From: Candidatus Doudnabacteria bacterium
Lineage (GTDB): Bacteria; Patescibacteriota; Doudnabacteria; UBA920; O2-02-FULL-48-8
Length of the DNA stretch: 64,000 bases
Assembly: GCA_037200925.1 (NCBI GenBank)
Contig: JBBCGO010000001.1
Span: 760,235 to 824,234 of the forward strand
Direction: 5' to 3'
Part shown: one piece after another, positions 10,228 through 21,400 of the stretch
Numbering within the stretch: the first letter of the stretch is position 1
How the letters are laid out: every line of letters starts with the position of its first letter
Notes under the pieces: model-generated
What the model saw: only the letters and a program-made list of their open reading frames with translations
Databases searched by the model: none
What the model was told of the DNA's origin: nothing
Program-made: the position numbers and the translations under genes

Positions 10228-10959
10228 ATGTCAGCTTACTTAAAAAAATTTATTGAATATGCAGGCAAGTACGGATGGGTAATCAGCATCATATTGAGTG
10301 TTGCTGCTTTGGGATTCAGCGTATACAATTTACGTGTTTTGAAAATCAAGATTACTCAGCAAAATTCGCAGGCAGCAGCTGCGCCAGCTCCAGGAGGGGT
10401 GGCGGGGATATCAGTTGATAAGTTATTGGCGGGCATGAGCGGCAGCGAGCCTGTGCTCGGAGATAAAAACGCGCCGGTCACTATGTATGAGTTTGCCGAT
10501 TTCCAATGTCCTTTCTGCAAAAGATTTTTTGACAGCAGCCTGCCTGAGCTGAAGCAGAAATATGTTGATACCGGTAAGGTCAAGGTTATTTTCGTCAATG
10601 TGGCATTTTTAGGACAGGAATCCAAAGACGCGGCTGAAGCCGCCAAGTGCGCCTCTGACCAGGGTCAATTTTGGCCCTATCATGACAGTTTGTATGACAA
10701 CCAAAGCGGCGAAAACCAGGGAACTTTCAGTGCCGCCAAACTCCAAAGCCTGGCGAAGAACCTGCACCTTAACTTAAATGATTTTAACCAGTGCACCGCC
10801 AGCCACAAATATCAAAAAGCCGTGAGCGATGAAACTGACCTGGCAAACCAAAACGGCGTTTCCAGCACGCCCACTTTTTTAATTAACGGCCAGCAAATCA
10901 TCGGAGCCCAGCCGACAGCAACATTTGAACAAAAGCTTGATGATCTTTTAAAAAATTAA
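10228..10959 (+). CDS. DsbA-like thiol:disulfide oxidoreductase (membrane-anchored thioredoxin fold)
   Basis: N-terminal TM anchor and a 'CPFC' active site within a thioredoxin-like context ('FADFQCPFCKRFF'). Confidence 0.75.
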   Translation: MSAYLKKFIEYAGKYGWVISIILSVAALGFSVYNLRVLKIKITQQNSQAAAAPAPGGVAGISVDKLLAGMSGSEPVLGDKNAPVTMYEFADFQCPFCKRFFDSSLPELKQKYVDTGKVKVIFVNVAFLGQESKDAAEAAKCASDQGQFWPYHDSLYDNQSGENQGTFSAAKLQSLAKNLHLNLNDFNQCTASHKYQKAVSDETDLANQNGVSSTPTFLINGQQIIGAQPTATFEQKLDDLLKN

Positions 10960-11798
10960 TGTCCCAATCCGTAAGCCTAACTGTTGCATTTTTAGGCGGA
11001 GTACTGACATTGCTCCCTGCTTGCGGGCCGGCTCTATTGCCGGCATTTTTTGGTTTTGTGTTCACTGAAAAACAAAAATTGGTTCTGGCCACGGTGTTTT
11101 TCGGTCTGGGGTTTGCCTTAGTTTTTTTTCCTTTCAGCTATGGGTTTAATTTTTTGGTCCATTTGTTGATTTATTCGCGGGAGGTTTTATTTGGCATCAT
11201 AGGCTGGCTGCTCGTAATTTTCGGTCTATTGTCGCTGTTTAATTTTTATTTGCCTTTATACTCAGGCGGAATCAGGCCTGTTCACAAGTTTTGGCAAACT
11301 TTTTTTTTGGGCATTATTTTTGGCCTGACAAGCAGCACTTGCACGGCTCCCATTTACGGGGCGATTTTGTCGTTGAATAGCTTGAGCTCAGGCTTTGTGC
11401 AAGTCAACCTGCTGCTCTTAAGCTTTATGGCCGGCATGATCATTCCGCTTTTGATCCTGGCAGGTCTTGTCGAACATTATGGATTGTTAAATTTAAGCAT
11501 CTTTCAAAAACCTGTTCTGAGAATAAATGTGGGCCATCGCATTTTTTCATTCTTTCTCGGCAATCTGCTGGCAGCGCTGGTTTTTATCCCTCTGGGATTT
11601 GCTTTTATCGTCTCAAAAGGCGGCGCACCATTCCTGTCCTTTGCCCAGTCAACGGGAATTTTGATAAAGTTTGAAACTTTGAACGAATCCCTGATCACTT
11701 ACAATGCGGCCCATCCCCATCTTGATTACTGGGTTTTGGGCTTATTGCTGGCATTTTGCCTGTTGCTGTGGTTAAATACATACAGGAATAAAGAGTGA
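10959..11798 (+). CDS. ccdA: CcdA/DsbD-family thiol-disulfide transporter
   Basis: Polytopic membrane protein with conserved Cys in TM1 ('LPACGPA') and 'TSSTCTAPIYG'. Start overlaps the DsbA stop (ATGA-type coupling). Confidence 0.6.
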   Translation: MSQSVSLTVAFLGGVLTLLPACGPALLPAFFGFVFTEKQKLVLATVFFGLGFALVFFPFSYGFNFLVHLLIYSREVLFGIIGWLLVIFGLLSLFNFYLPLYSGGIRPVHKFWQTFFLGIIFGLTSSTCTAPIYGAILSLNSLSSGFVQVNLLLLSFMAGMIIPLLILAGLVEHYGLLNLSIFQKPVLRINVGHRIFSFFLGNLLAALVFIPLGFAFIVSKGGAPFLSFAQSTGILIKFETLNESLITYNAAHPHLDYWVLGLLLAFCLLLWLNTYRNKE

Positions 11799-12826
11799 TG
11801 CGAATAAATTTTAATTTGCCTGCGGCGGTTTTGATTATTTTTTTATTTGCCGCGGGGATTGGTATCGCTTTGCTTAGCTCTAAATCCATCCGGCAGCAAG
11901 CGGTTTCACTCGGCCTGCCGCCGATTGATCAGTTTCGGAACCTAAATTACCAAGATCAGCTGGATTTGATCAAGAGGGCTGCGGAAGCAGATCCGGTTAA
12001 GACATGGACTTATGTGAAATCGGCGTTTTTGATCAATGGCCAGCAGGCAGAGAATGCTCATGAGTTCGCTCATTTGGTCGGGAACGGGATGTACAGCAAG
12101 TATGGGCTTGATGGCATCACCAATTGCGATGAAACTTTTGGATTCGGCTGTTTCCACGGCGTCTCACAAGAACTGCTGGAACAAAAAGGCGTGTCCGTGG
12201 TCAAAGAAATCCAAAGCCGTTGCATTCAAATTTTCCCGCCTGATAAAACTCAGAATTATAACGGTTGTATCCATGGCATGGGGCACGGACTTCTGACCTG
12301 GGAACATTTCCAGGTCGGGAAAGCTCTGCTTGATTGTGATAATCTTGACCAACTTTACCAAAATTATTGTTATGACGGAGTGTTCATGGAACATGCATCG
12401 GATCTGGCCCAAAATGAATTTGATCCGGCGCATTCCTGGCAGTTTTGCTCGGCGCTTGCTGACAAATACCATTATAATTGCGCGCGGTATCAATCCCAGG
12501 TTTTTTTAACCCGGTTCGGCATCGATATTCCGAAGATCGGAGCTTATTGCGCGCAAGCGCCTGACGAAATATCCAGCTCCACGTGTTCCGAAAGTCTGGG
12601 TTATTATATTACTGACATGAATCTGGGTAAATTGCCGCAGATCTTACGATCTTGCAGTCAGATAAAGGGCGACGGTTCGTATCATTGCATCATTGGCGCT
12701 TCCCGGGAAGTCGCATTCCAAACTTATGTCGGATGGCAAGAAACGGCGGAAGCTTTGTGCGAAAGCCTGCCTGCTAATTGGAAAAATCAGTGCCCTACAA
12801 CCAGCCAATCTCTTGCTCCAATGTAA
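11795..12826 (+). CDS. Cys/His-rich exported protein, paralog A (unknown function)
   Basis: 343 aa with an N-terminal TM/signal anchor. Conserved 'C.HG', 'C.HGMGHG', 'CDN', 'C.DGVFME' motifs are shared with the downstream paralog. Confidence 0.6.
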   Translation: MMRINFNLPAAVLIIFLFAAGIGIALLSSKSIRQQAVSLGLPPIDQFRNLNYQDQLDLIKRAAEADPVKTWTYVKSAFLINGQQAENAHEFAHLVGNGMYSKYGLDGITNCDETFGFGCFHGVSQELLEQKGVSVVKEIQSRCIQIFPPDKTQNYNGCIHGMGHGLLTWEHFQVGKALLDCDNLDQLYQNYCYDGVFMEHASDLAQNEFDPAHSWQFCSALADKYHYNCARYQSQVFLTRFGIDIPKIGAYCAQAPDEISSSTCSESLGYYITDMNLGKLPQILRSCSQIKGDGSYHCIIGASREVAFQTYVGWQETAEALCESLPANWKNQCPTTSQSLAPM

Positions 12827-12830
12827 TTTT

Positions 12831-13997
12831 ATGATCGAATTTCGGCAAAAATTGAAAAAACCTAACTTTGTTTATTTCTGGGGGTTCTTAGCCGTTGTCT
12901 TCCTTGTCCTAGGATCGATCTTGTTTTTTGCGTCCAGGCTTATTATCAGGAGAAACGGACCGCTTCCGGTTTCGACAGCCGATGAGATCATTCAGATCAA
13001 AGATACCACGATTCTTACCGAACAAGTTGCATGGTACAAAAAATTGATCGAAAGGGTAGGCCCGTCCGAAGCTCAGGACGATCTGGTTAATTCCGGGCTG
13101 CCGTTTACCGGGCAAACCCATTTACTCAATCATACAGTGGGTGATTATCTGTACGAGAAGTTCGGGGTTACAGGGCTTTCGCAATGCAAAGAATATTTTC
13201 TGGCCTCCTGCTATCACGGATTTATACTGGACGCGATCGCCACGGGCGGCATTCCGGAAGTGGCGAAGGTCATGAATGCCTGCAGGACTGAGGGTGTCAG
13301 CACCGTTTTTCCGCAATGCTCCCACGCCGTGGGACATGGATTTCTCGCATTTGTCGGTTATAAAAATTTAACCCAATCACTGACCATGTGCGATGACATG
13401 GTTAAAAGCGTTCCCGATTTTCCGACCTTTAACTGCCAGGACGGCGTGTTTATGGAAAATATCTGGGCTCTGCACGACGGATCTGTTTCTGCCGATCGCT
13501 GGGTCAAACCTTCAGATCCGGTTTATCCCTGTGACGATTCCAGGATCGGCCAGAAATATTTGCTGGCCTGCTGGTCGAACCAGCCGTCGCTGATGTACCA
13601 GCAGTTTAGCGGCGATCTGAAAAAAGTGGCTGGCCAGTGCGGTATCTTGCAGCAAACCGACTTGCGGCAGATGTGTTACAACGGGCTTGCCAGGCAGATC
13701 CATCCGATCGCCGCCGGGAATCTGGATCAGACCTTTGACCTTTGCGGTTTGCTCGGGCGGACTTGGACCGATTACTGCATTCTGGTCAATGACACGGCTT
13801 CTTTTTCAGTCGGGGACAGGTCATTGCCGTTTGCGATCTGCGCCCGGATTGACGCTGCCAGCAAGGACAGCTGTTATCAACAACTGCTAGGCATGATCAA
13901 TGCCTATGCCAAAAGCTCCTCTGAACAGACTGATTGGTGCAATAAGATCGACAGTCCGACATGGAAAGACCAGTGTCAGGCGCAGCAAAGACAATAA
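12831..13997 (+). CDS. Cys/His-rich exported protein, paralog B (unknown function)
   Basis: Start taken at 'MIEFRQ' (the listed ORF begins upstream at 12693, overlapping paralog A). Same Cys/His motif set: 'SCYHG', 'CSHAVGHG', 'CDD', 'CQDGVFME'. Confidence 0.6.
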   Translation: MIEFRQKLKKPNFVYFWGFLAVVFLVLGSILFFASRLIIRRNGPLPVSTADEIIQIKDTTILTEQVAWYKKLIERVGPSEAQDDLVNSGLPFTGQTHLLNHTVGDYLYEKFGVTGLSQCKEYFLASCYHGFILDAIATGGIPEVAKVMNACRTEGVSTVFPQCSHAVGHGFLAFVGYKNLTQSLTMCDDMVKSVPDFPTFNCQDGVFMENIWALHDGSVSADRWVKPSDPVYPCDDSRIGQKYLLACWSNQPSLMYQQFSGDLKKVAGQCGILQQTDLRQMCYNGLARQIHPIAAGNLDQTFDLCGLLGRTWTDYCILVNDTASFSVGDRSLPFAICARIDAASKDSCYQQLLGMINAYAKSSSEQTDWCNKIDSPTWKDQCQAQQRQ

Positions 13998-14110
13998 AAT
14001 ATCTTTCTCCTTGACAGATTTACTTTTATGTTGTTTAATTTTATGAAATTGCTTGAGTTTTGAATATAACTGATAATAAGTGTTATAATATAAAATATAA
14101 ACAAACCATT

Positions 14111-14818
14111 ATGAGAAACAGAAATAAAAACTATAGGCAAAGCGGGCAAACCCTTATCGAAACCATCGTAGCGATTTTCATTTTGACCACAGCGCTAACC
14201 GCGGGGCTGGGGCTGGCAATATATGCTTTTTCCAGCGCAACTACGTCACAAAACGAAATTGTTGCCTCTAATTTGGCCCGCGAAGGTGTTGAAATCGTGC
14301 GGATGATGCGCGATTCCAACTGGCTGGCAGCTGATGCCAAGGATCCTACGAGTGTACAGGGCTGGGGATTGCAGTCATGTGCTGACCTCATTGGCGGCAG
14401 GCTTTGCTACCCCAAAGTCTATCAGGCTGTTCCCGGATACAATACCTATAATCTTACTTCCGGTAATCAGCGGGCGATTTTTGCCCCTAACCCTACGACT
14501 TCCACCTGGTCGTTAGATGCTACGGCTAATTATGATCTGTATCTGCAGGCCGACGGCACTTATTCCTCCACAGCCAACGGTCAGGCCGTTTTTGCCCGCA
14601 TGATTAACATCAGATTTAATCCTCCGGACGCTGGCACTCCTTCGGTCCCCGCTAATACTTATACTTTTCAGAATCCGGAGATGATCGTAAAATCCGTTGT
14701 GGCATGGCGGGGAAAAAGCTGCCCGTCCTTTAGTTCCAATCAAGATCTTTTGGCATTATCTTCGTCCTGCAAGGTCGTGGTCGAGGAGCATATGACCAAT
14801 TGGAAGGACTATAGGTAG
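14111..14818 (+). CDS. Minor pilin-like protein (prepilin-type N-terminus)
   Basis: 'RQSGQTLIETIVAIFILTTAL' class III signal after a short basic leader. The listed ORF start at 14060 is probably too far upstream. Confidence 0.6.
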   Translation: MRNRNKNYRQSGQTLIETIVAIFILTTALTAGLGLAIYAFSSATTSQNEIVASNLAREGVEIVRMMRDSNWLAADAKDPTSVQGWGLQSCADLIGGRLCYPKVYQAVPGYNTYNLTSGNQRAIFAPNPTTSTWSLDATANYDLYLQADGTYSSTANGQAVFARMINIRFNPPDAGTPSVPANTYTFQNPEMIVKSVVAWRGKSCPSFSSNQDLLALSSSCKVVVEEHMTNWKDYR

Positions 14819-14820
14819 AA

Positions 14821-15414
14821 ATGCCAAATAACAAATTCCAAATACCGAATAAAATCTCAAATTTTAAAATTGGGAAGTCTCAATCGGCGTTCACGCTGAT
14901 TGAGACGGTAGTCGCCACGGCTGTGTTCGCTTTTGTCGTGACTTCAATTCTGGGTGTATATATATCAACCATCCAGCTGGACCGCAAAAGCCGGGCGCAG
15001 AGAGCCGTGGCCCAGGACGCCCGGTTCATCATGGAGTTCTTAGCCAAAGAGGTCCGCAACGGGACCATCAATTACCCAAGTTACGCATCAAGCACGGTTT
15101 CCGGCACCAGTGACTTATATATCCAGAACCAGGCCAACGTAGTTGAGCACTTTTTTTTGAGCGGAACGAACATGCTCATAAACAAAGGCGGGGCCAACGC
15201 TAATATGAATTCCAGCGGCACAAAGGTTACCAATCTGCTGTTTTATATCCAGCCCACAACCGATCCCTATACACCGGCCAAGAGCGCTAACGATCAGCCT
15301 CATGTGACAGTGGTCCTGGATCTGCAGTCAAACTACGGAACTGCGGCCAAAGACACCGTGACCATGAGCCTGCAGGACTCGTTTGCTATCAGTCGGTATA
15401 CAAGCAGGAGATGA
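14821..15414 (+). CDS. Short pilin-like protein; pilin domain 100% identical to the N-terminus of the downstream giant gene
   Basis: 'SAFTLIETVVATAVFAF' prepilin signal. nt 14907-15388 are identical to 15536-16017 (tandem duplication). May be a functional short pilin or a duplication remnant. Confidence 0.5.
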   Translation: MPNNKFQIPNKISNFKIGKSQSAFTLIETVVATAVFAFVVTSILGVYISTIQLDRKSRAQRAVAQDARFIMEFLAKEVRNGTINYPSYASSTVSGTSDLYIQNQANVVEHFFLSGTNMLINKGGANANMNSSGTKVTNLLFYIQPTTDPYTPAKSANDQPHVTVVLDLQSNYGTAAKDTVTMSLQDSFAISRYTSRR

Positions 15415-15473
15415 TCGCAAAATCTTTTGGCATTATCTTTGTCCCGTAAACAAACCCGCAGCCTGAAAGCGCT

Positions 15474-18400
15474 ATGAATCTAAAACCTATAACCCGTAAC
15501 CTGAGATCTGATTCAGGCTTTACCCTGATCGAAGCGGTAGTCGCCACGGCTGTGTTCGCTTTTGTCGTGACTTCAATTCTGGGTGTATATATATCAACCA
15601 TCCAGCTGGACCGCAAAAGCCGGGCGCAGAGAGCCGTGGCCCAGGACGCCCGGTTCATCATGGAGTTCTTAGCCAAAGAGGTCCGCAACGGGACCATCAA
15701 TTACCCAAGTTACGCATCAAGCACGGTTTCCGGCACCAGTGACTTATATATCCAGAACCAGGCCAACGTAGTTGAGCACTTTTTTTTGAGCGGAACGAAC
15801 ATGCTCATAAACAAAGGCGGGGCCAACGCTAATATGAATTCCAGCGGCACAAAGGTTACCAATCTGCTGTTTTATATCCAGCCCACAACCGATCCCTATA
15901 CACCGGCCAAGAGCGCTAACGATCAGCCTCATGTGACAGTGGTCCTGGATCTGCAGTCAAACTACGGAACTGCGGCCAAAGACACCGTGACCATGAGCCT
16001 GCAGGACTCGTTTGCTACAAGGCAATATCCGCTCCGGGTGTTTGGCGCAGGTTATACCACTCCTCTCTATACCACCCCTACTTACCCGACTCCGGCTTCA
16101 GGATTCGCCACCGGCGGCGCTGTCAGTACCAGTGGTTCAAATACTGTCCGTACTTTTAGTACAAGCGACACACTTACGGTTTTCAGCGCAGGGACGATTC
16201 AATACCTGATAGTTGCCGGCGGCGGCGGCGGCGGACAAGCTGACGGCGCCGGTGGTGGTGCCGGAGGAGTGATTACAGGACAGATGTCAATTGCGGCGGG
16301 TACCTACCCTATAATTGTGGGCGGCGGGGGCACAGGTGCCACAGGCAGTTGTCTAATTTCTGGAGACACTGGTAGCTCAGGGTCAAACTCGAGTTTTCAT
16401 GGTCTCACTGCTATCGCCGGCGGCGGCGGCGGCAGTTATGGTACCAGCGGTCTCAATGGCGGCTCAGGCGGCGGGGGCGGCGCAGGCAATGGTGCTGCCA
16501 CTGCCGGGCTTGGAACACCTAACCAAGGACATGACGGCATGAACTCAAACAATCCTCCTTTTGGCGGCGGCGGCGGCGGTGCTACGGCGGTTGGTGGTGG
16601 TTGGACTGCTGCAGCCGGCATCGGTGGCGCTGGAATACCTTCCGATATCACCGGCGCGACTGTTTACTACGGCGGCGGCGGCGGTGGTGGTGCTAATAGT
16701 GCCAACGGATCTGGCGGTACCGGAGGAGTTGGCGGCGGCGGCACTGGCGGTACCGGCGGCGGCGGCGGCAATGGCATCAACGGTACAGGCGGCGGCGGCG
16801 GAGGAGGAGGCCGCATCAATACCGTTCCTAATCCTACCTGCAGCGGCGGCGGCACTGGCGGCAATGGCGTTGTACTCATTCGCTATCTGACAAATCCCGA
16901 TATTACTCCTCCGGTTGTCACAGCTTTTGATGTTCAGCCAAAATTTACTTCAGGCGCGGTTACCGCAACTTTCACAACCACTGACTCTGGAGGCTCGCAT
17001 CTGAAGGATGCTGAGCTTTGGCGGGCCACTGCCCGATCCAACTGCACGACTACAGATGACTCCGGCTGTAATGATTGGGCTGCTGTGGAAAGCGAAGTCG
17101 CCGTGAGCGACGTTGTATGGACAAGTTTGGTAAATACGACTGCTACCGGAAATACTCTGACAAAAACCGGCGGAGCGGTCGGTACCAATGATGCGGGAGC
17201 CGTTTCGACTCGGACCATCGACTCCGGTGACGGTTATGTGGAATTCACTTACAACGGCAGCGGTTTTGGCGGCTTTGTGGATGGGGGATTAAGCAATGGA
17301 AATACTGACCAGAGTGTTGCCGATATAGATTTTGGAATAAAGCTGCAGCAAAGTAATTTTTTCTATGCTGAGGAAAATGGAGTGCCTAAAGGCTCTGCCG
17401 GCTCTTATGTTGTCGGGGATGTATTCAGAATCGCAGTTGTAGGAGGCGTAGTCCAATATTCGAGGAACGGGACGGTATTTTATACCAGCGTTCAATCGCC
17501 GACTTACCCCTTGTTATTTGATACATCCATAAAAGAACTTAATAGTTCAATCGCTAATGCCAAGATAGCCTCAACAGTCTCAGATTCCTGGACCGGAAAT
17601 CTTACCGATACTCCTCCGGCCAATATTGCCGAAGTTTACGGACTGCGTGTCCATGACAATGCGGGAAACACAGGATTCCAGCAGACGAAGATAATGGTCG
17701 GCGAAGTTACCCCGCCTGTCGTCACAGCGTTTGACGTTCAGCCCAGAACTACTTCAGGTTCAGTTACCGCCACATTTACGGCCACTGATTCCGGAGGCTC
17801 GCATCTGAAGAATGCCGAGCTTTGGCGCGCTACTGCCCGAACCAACTGCACGATTTCGGATAATTCCGGCTGCAATGATTGGGCTGTTGCGGCAAACACA
17901 ACCATTCCCGCCAATAATGTTGTATGGACAAGCGCGGTAAATGCGACTGCGACAGGAAACACTCTGACAAAAACCGGCGGAACGGATGGAACCTATGACG
18001 CAGGAGCTGTTTCGACCCAGACCATCGGCACTGATGGCGGTTATGTGGAATTCACTTACGCGAGCGGTACCGGCTTGATGGCCGGCGGATTAAGCAATGG
18101 AAATACTGATCAGAGTGATGCCGATATAGATTTTGGAATAAAGCTGCAACAAAGTAGTTTTTTCTATGTTTATGAAAAAGGAGTACAAAAAGGCAGTACA
18201 GGCACTTATGCTGTCGGGGATGTATTCAGAATCGCAGTTGTAGGAGGCGTAGTCCAATATTCAAGGAACGGGACGGTATTTTATACCAGCGTTCAATCGC
18301 CGACTTACCCCTTGTTATTTGATACATCCATAGGCGGCAGTAATAATTCAATCTCTAATGCCAAGATTTATTATCCCTCCTTAGATTCCTGGTCGGGTAC

Positions 18401-21400
18401 CATGACTGATACTCCTCCCACCGATACCTCATACATCTATGGCGTGCACGTTTATGACTATTCGGGAAACTTTGGACTGGAACCTGCCAAGATCTTTGTG
18501 AGCTCAACCTCATACGGTGTCACAACTTCCGGTTTTTATACCGTATATACGTTTACGATAAGCGGCACGTTTACGGTTGCATCTCCGCAAAGTGTCCAAG
18601 TTCTGGTGGTGGGCGGAGGCGGAGGCGGCAGCGGCAGTGCTAGCGGTGGCGGTGGCGGAGGAGGAGGAGCCGGCGGTTATAATTACAATGCGAATTATAG
18701 TGTGACTCCAGGTTCATACTCTGTCACAGTAGGTGCCGGAGGTGCTGGAGGCGTTGCCAATGTCCGTGCCAATGCACCAAATGGTTCTAATTCAAGTTTC
18801 GGAACCATCACCTCTATCGGTGGTGGTGGCGGCAATGGTTGGACTGATCCGAAAGCTTCTAATGGCGGTTCGGGTGGCGGAGCGGAATGGGGTGATACAG
18901 TCGGATTAGGCACAGCCGGCCAGGGGAACAATGGCGGTCTTGCCTCTACTACTGCTCCTGCCTCCGGCGGCGGAGGCGGCGGAGGCGCAGGTGCGGTTGG
19001 AGGAGCCGGCTCTAGCACAAATGGCGGAAATGGGGGAATTGGTCTTGCAAATTCCATCACCGGTACGTCTGTCTACTATGCCGGCGGCGGCGGCGGCGGC
19101 TCAACCAATGCTGCAGGATCTGCAAGCGCCGGCGGCCTTGGCGGCGGCGGCGTCGGAGGAAAAGTTTCTGCCGGGTCGCCCGGAACTGCCGGCACAGGCG
19201 GAGGCGGCGGTTCAGGCTCGAATGGGCTTGCCGGCGGCGCAGGAGGCAGCGGTATTGTGATCATCAGTTTTCTTACAACCCCGGATACGACGCTTCCTGT
19301 AGTATCTGCTTTTGACGTACAACCCAGGACAGCATCAAGTTCTGTTACTGCCACATTCACTGCCACTGATAGCGGAGGCTCGCATCTGCAGAAAGCAAAT
19401 CTAATGAGAGCGGTTTACGACGCTTCCACTTGTACAACCACGGTCAATACCGGTTGTGTATGGTCTGTTGCATCAACTATCACCGCTCCAGCGGCTGCAG
19501 ATACTTGGAACGCCGGATCATCACCGCCGGCAATGTTTTCTGAAATTCCTCCGGCCGCATCTTATATCTATGGCATTCAAGTCTATGACAATGCGGGAAA
19601 CTTTGGTCTTGAGCCTGCAAAGATCAAAGTTGATGCATTCGGATTATCAGCCTCCGGCGGTACCATTACAACCTCAGGCGGAGTTACGACTGCGACATTC
19701 ACAACCAGCGGTACATTTACGGTTAGCGGTTCCGGGACAATTGATTATCTTGTGGTCGGCGGCGGCGGAGCCGGTGGTGCGGGCGGCGGTGTTGGCGGCG
19801 GCGGCGGCGGAGCCGGTGGCGTGTTCAGCGGTTCCATGGCCGTTACTGCTCAAGCCTACCCTATAACAATTGGTGCCGGCGGTGCCGGAGGAGGAGCGGC
19901 CGTAGGCCCCAAGGGCTCCAATACAGTATTTGGAGCTATCACAGCTCTCGGCGGCGGCGGCGGCGGTAATTATTGTAATAATGCTACAAATGGCGCTTCA
20001 GGCGGAGGCGGCTCTTATAACTGTACTGCTGGAACGGGTACGGCAGGTCAAGGGCATGATGGCGGAGCGGGTAGTACTGACTCGCCATACGGCGGCGGCG
20101 GCGGCGGCGGGGTTAGCGGCAGTGGCGGAGCCGGCAGCAATACAAACGGCGGTGCCGGCGGAGCCGGTATTGCAAGTTCTATCACGGGTTCGCCTGTCTT
20201 CTATGGCGGCGGCGGCGGGGGCAGTATCTCAAGCGGTCCTCCTGGTCCTGGCGGCTCAGGCGGCGGGGGAGCTGGCGGAAGCGGCGCTAGTAACGGAACA
20301 AATGCGACCCCCAACACGGGCGGCGGCGGCGGTTCAGGCAGCGGTGCCGGCGGCAGCGGCGTAGTTATTATTCGTTATATTTCACCTGTAGTGGAGGGCA
20401 TTGCCCCGGTCGTTTCAGCTTTCGATGTGCAGCCGAGAAGCGGTTCAAATTTAGCTACTGCAACGTTCACAGCCACTGATGCCGGAGGCTCGCATCTACA
20501 GAAAGCTGACCTCTGGAGAGCTCCTTATGATGCCAGTGTTTGCAATCCTGCGGGCAGTACTGCCGGATGTAATTTCGGTGCATCTCCGGTAGATTCAGTC
20601 AATGCTCCGCCCGCCTCGGATGGCCCATGGAACGGCACCTTGCATGATTATGCCGTCGGGTCTTTGGTCTATGGCCTCCATGTATATGACAATTCAGGCA
20701 ATACCGGATTTGAGCCCGCAAAGATCAAAGTTGACGGTCATGCGGCATTCGCCACAGGCGGCACTATTACAACTTCTGGTATTTATGCGATCCATACTTT
20801 TACCTCAAGCGGTACATTCACGGTTATTGGATCGTCCCCCGCATCAGTTGATTATCTTGTGATCGGCGGCGGCGGAGCGGGCGGTGGTGCCGGCAATCCG
20901 GGCGGCGGCGGCGGTGGTGCCGGCGGCATGCGTAACGGTTCGCTGGCAGTTAGCCCTCAATCCTACACAGTAACAATCGGCGGAGGAGGTGCGAGCGTCG
21001 GCGCGAATGGTTCTAATTCTGTATTTGGATCTATCACTGCTCTCGGTGGCGGTGGCGGTGGCACTTATGGTTCTGCTGCTGCAAGTGGCGGGTCGGGTGG
21101 TGGCGGCTCTTATACCTATTCCGTTGGAAATGGTACGTCCGGTCAGGGTAACAATGGCGGATCAGGTACTACTAATTCTCCTTACGGAGCCGGCGGCGGC
21201 GGCGGCGCGGGTGCTGTTGGAGGAGCCGGCAGCGCTTCTGTTGGCGGAACCGGCGGAGCCGGTGCTTCGAGTACCATTTCCGGCGCAACTGTCTTCTATG
21301 CCGGCGGCGGCGGAGGTAATGTCTCAAGCGGTACTTCGGGTCCTGGCGGCGCCGGCGGCGGCGGAGCGGGCGGCCTCGGCGGCGCCGGAACAAATGGGAC

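Noticed and set aside
12693-12830. Upstream extension of Cys-rich paralog B (the listed ORF starts at 12693)
   Set aside because: It overlaps the last 130 nt of paralog A in another frame. A start at the 'MIEFRQ' ATG (12831), just after paralog A's stop, gives the same N-terminal anchor architecture as paralog A.
16436-21393. Pro/Ala-rich ORFs on the minus strand and alternative plus frames (for example 16436-16651, 16667-16879, 18695-19060, 19076-19366, 19930-20364, 20989-21486, 21172-21393)
   Set aside because: They are mirror-frame artefacts of the GGC/GGT-rich Gly codons of the giant gene. The minus strand of GGC repeats reads GCC/CCG, giving poly-Pro/Ala. They have no start or RBS context and lie entirely inside a well-supported long ORF.
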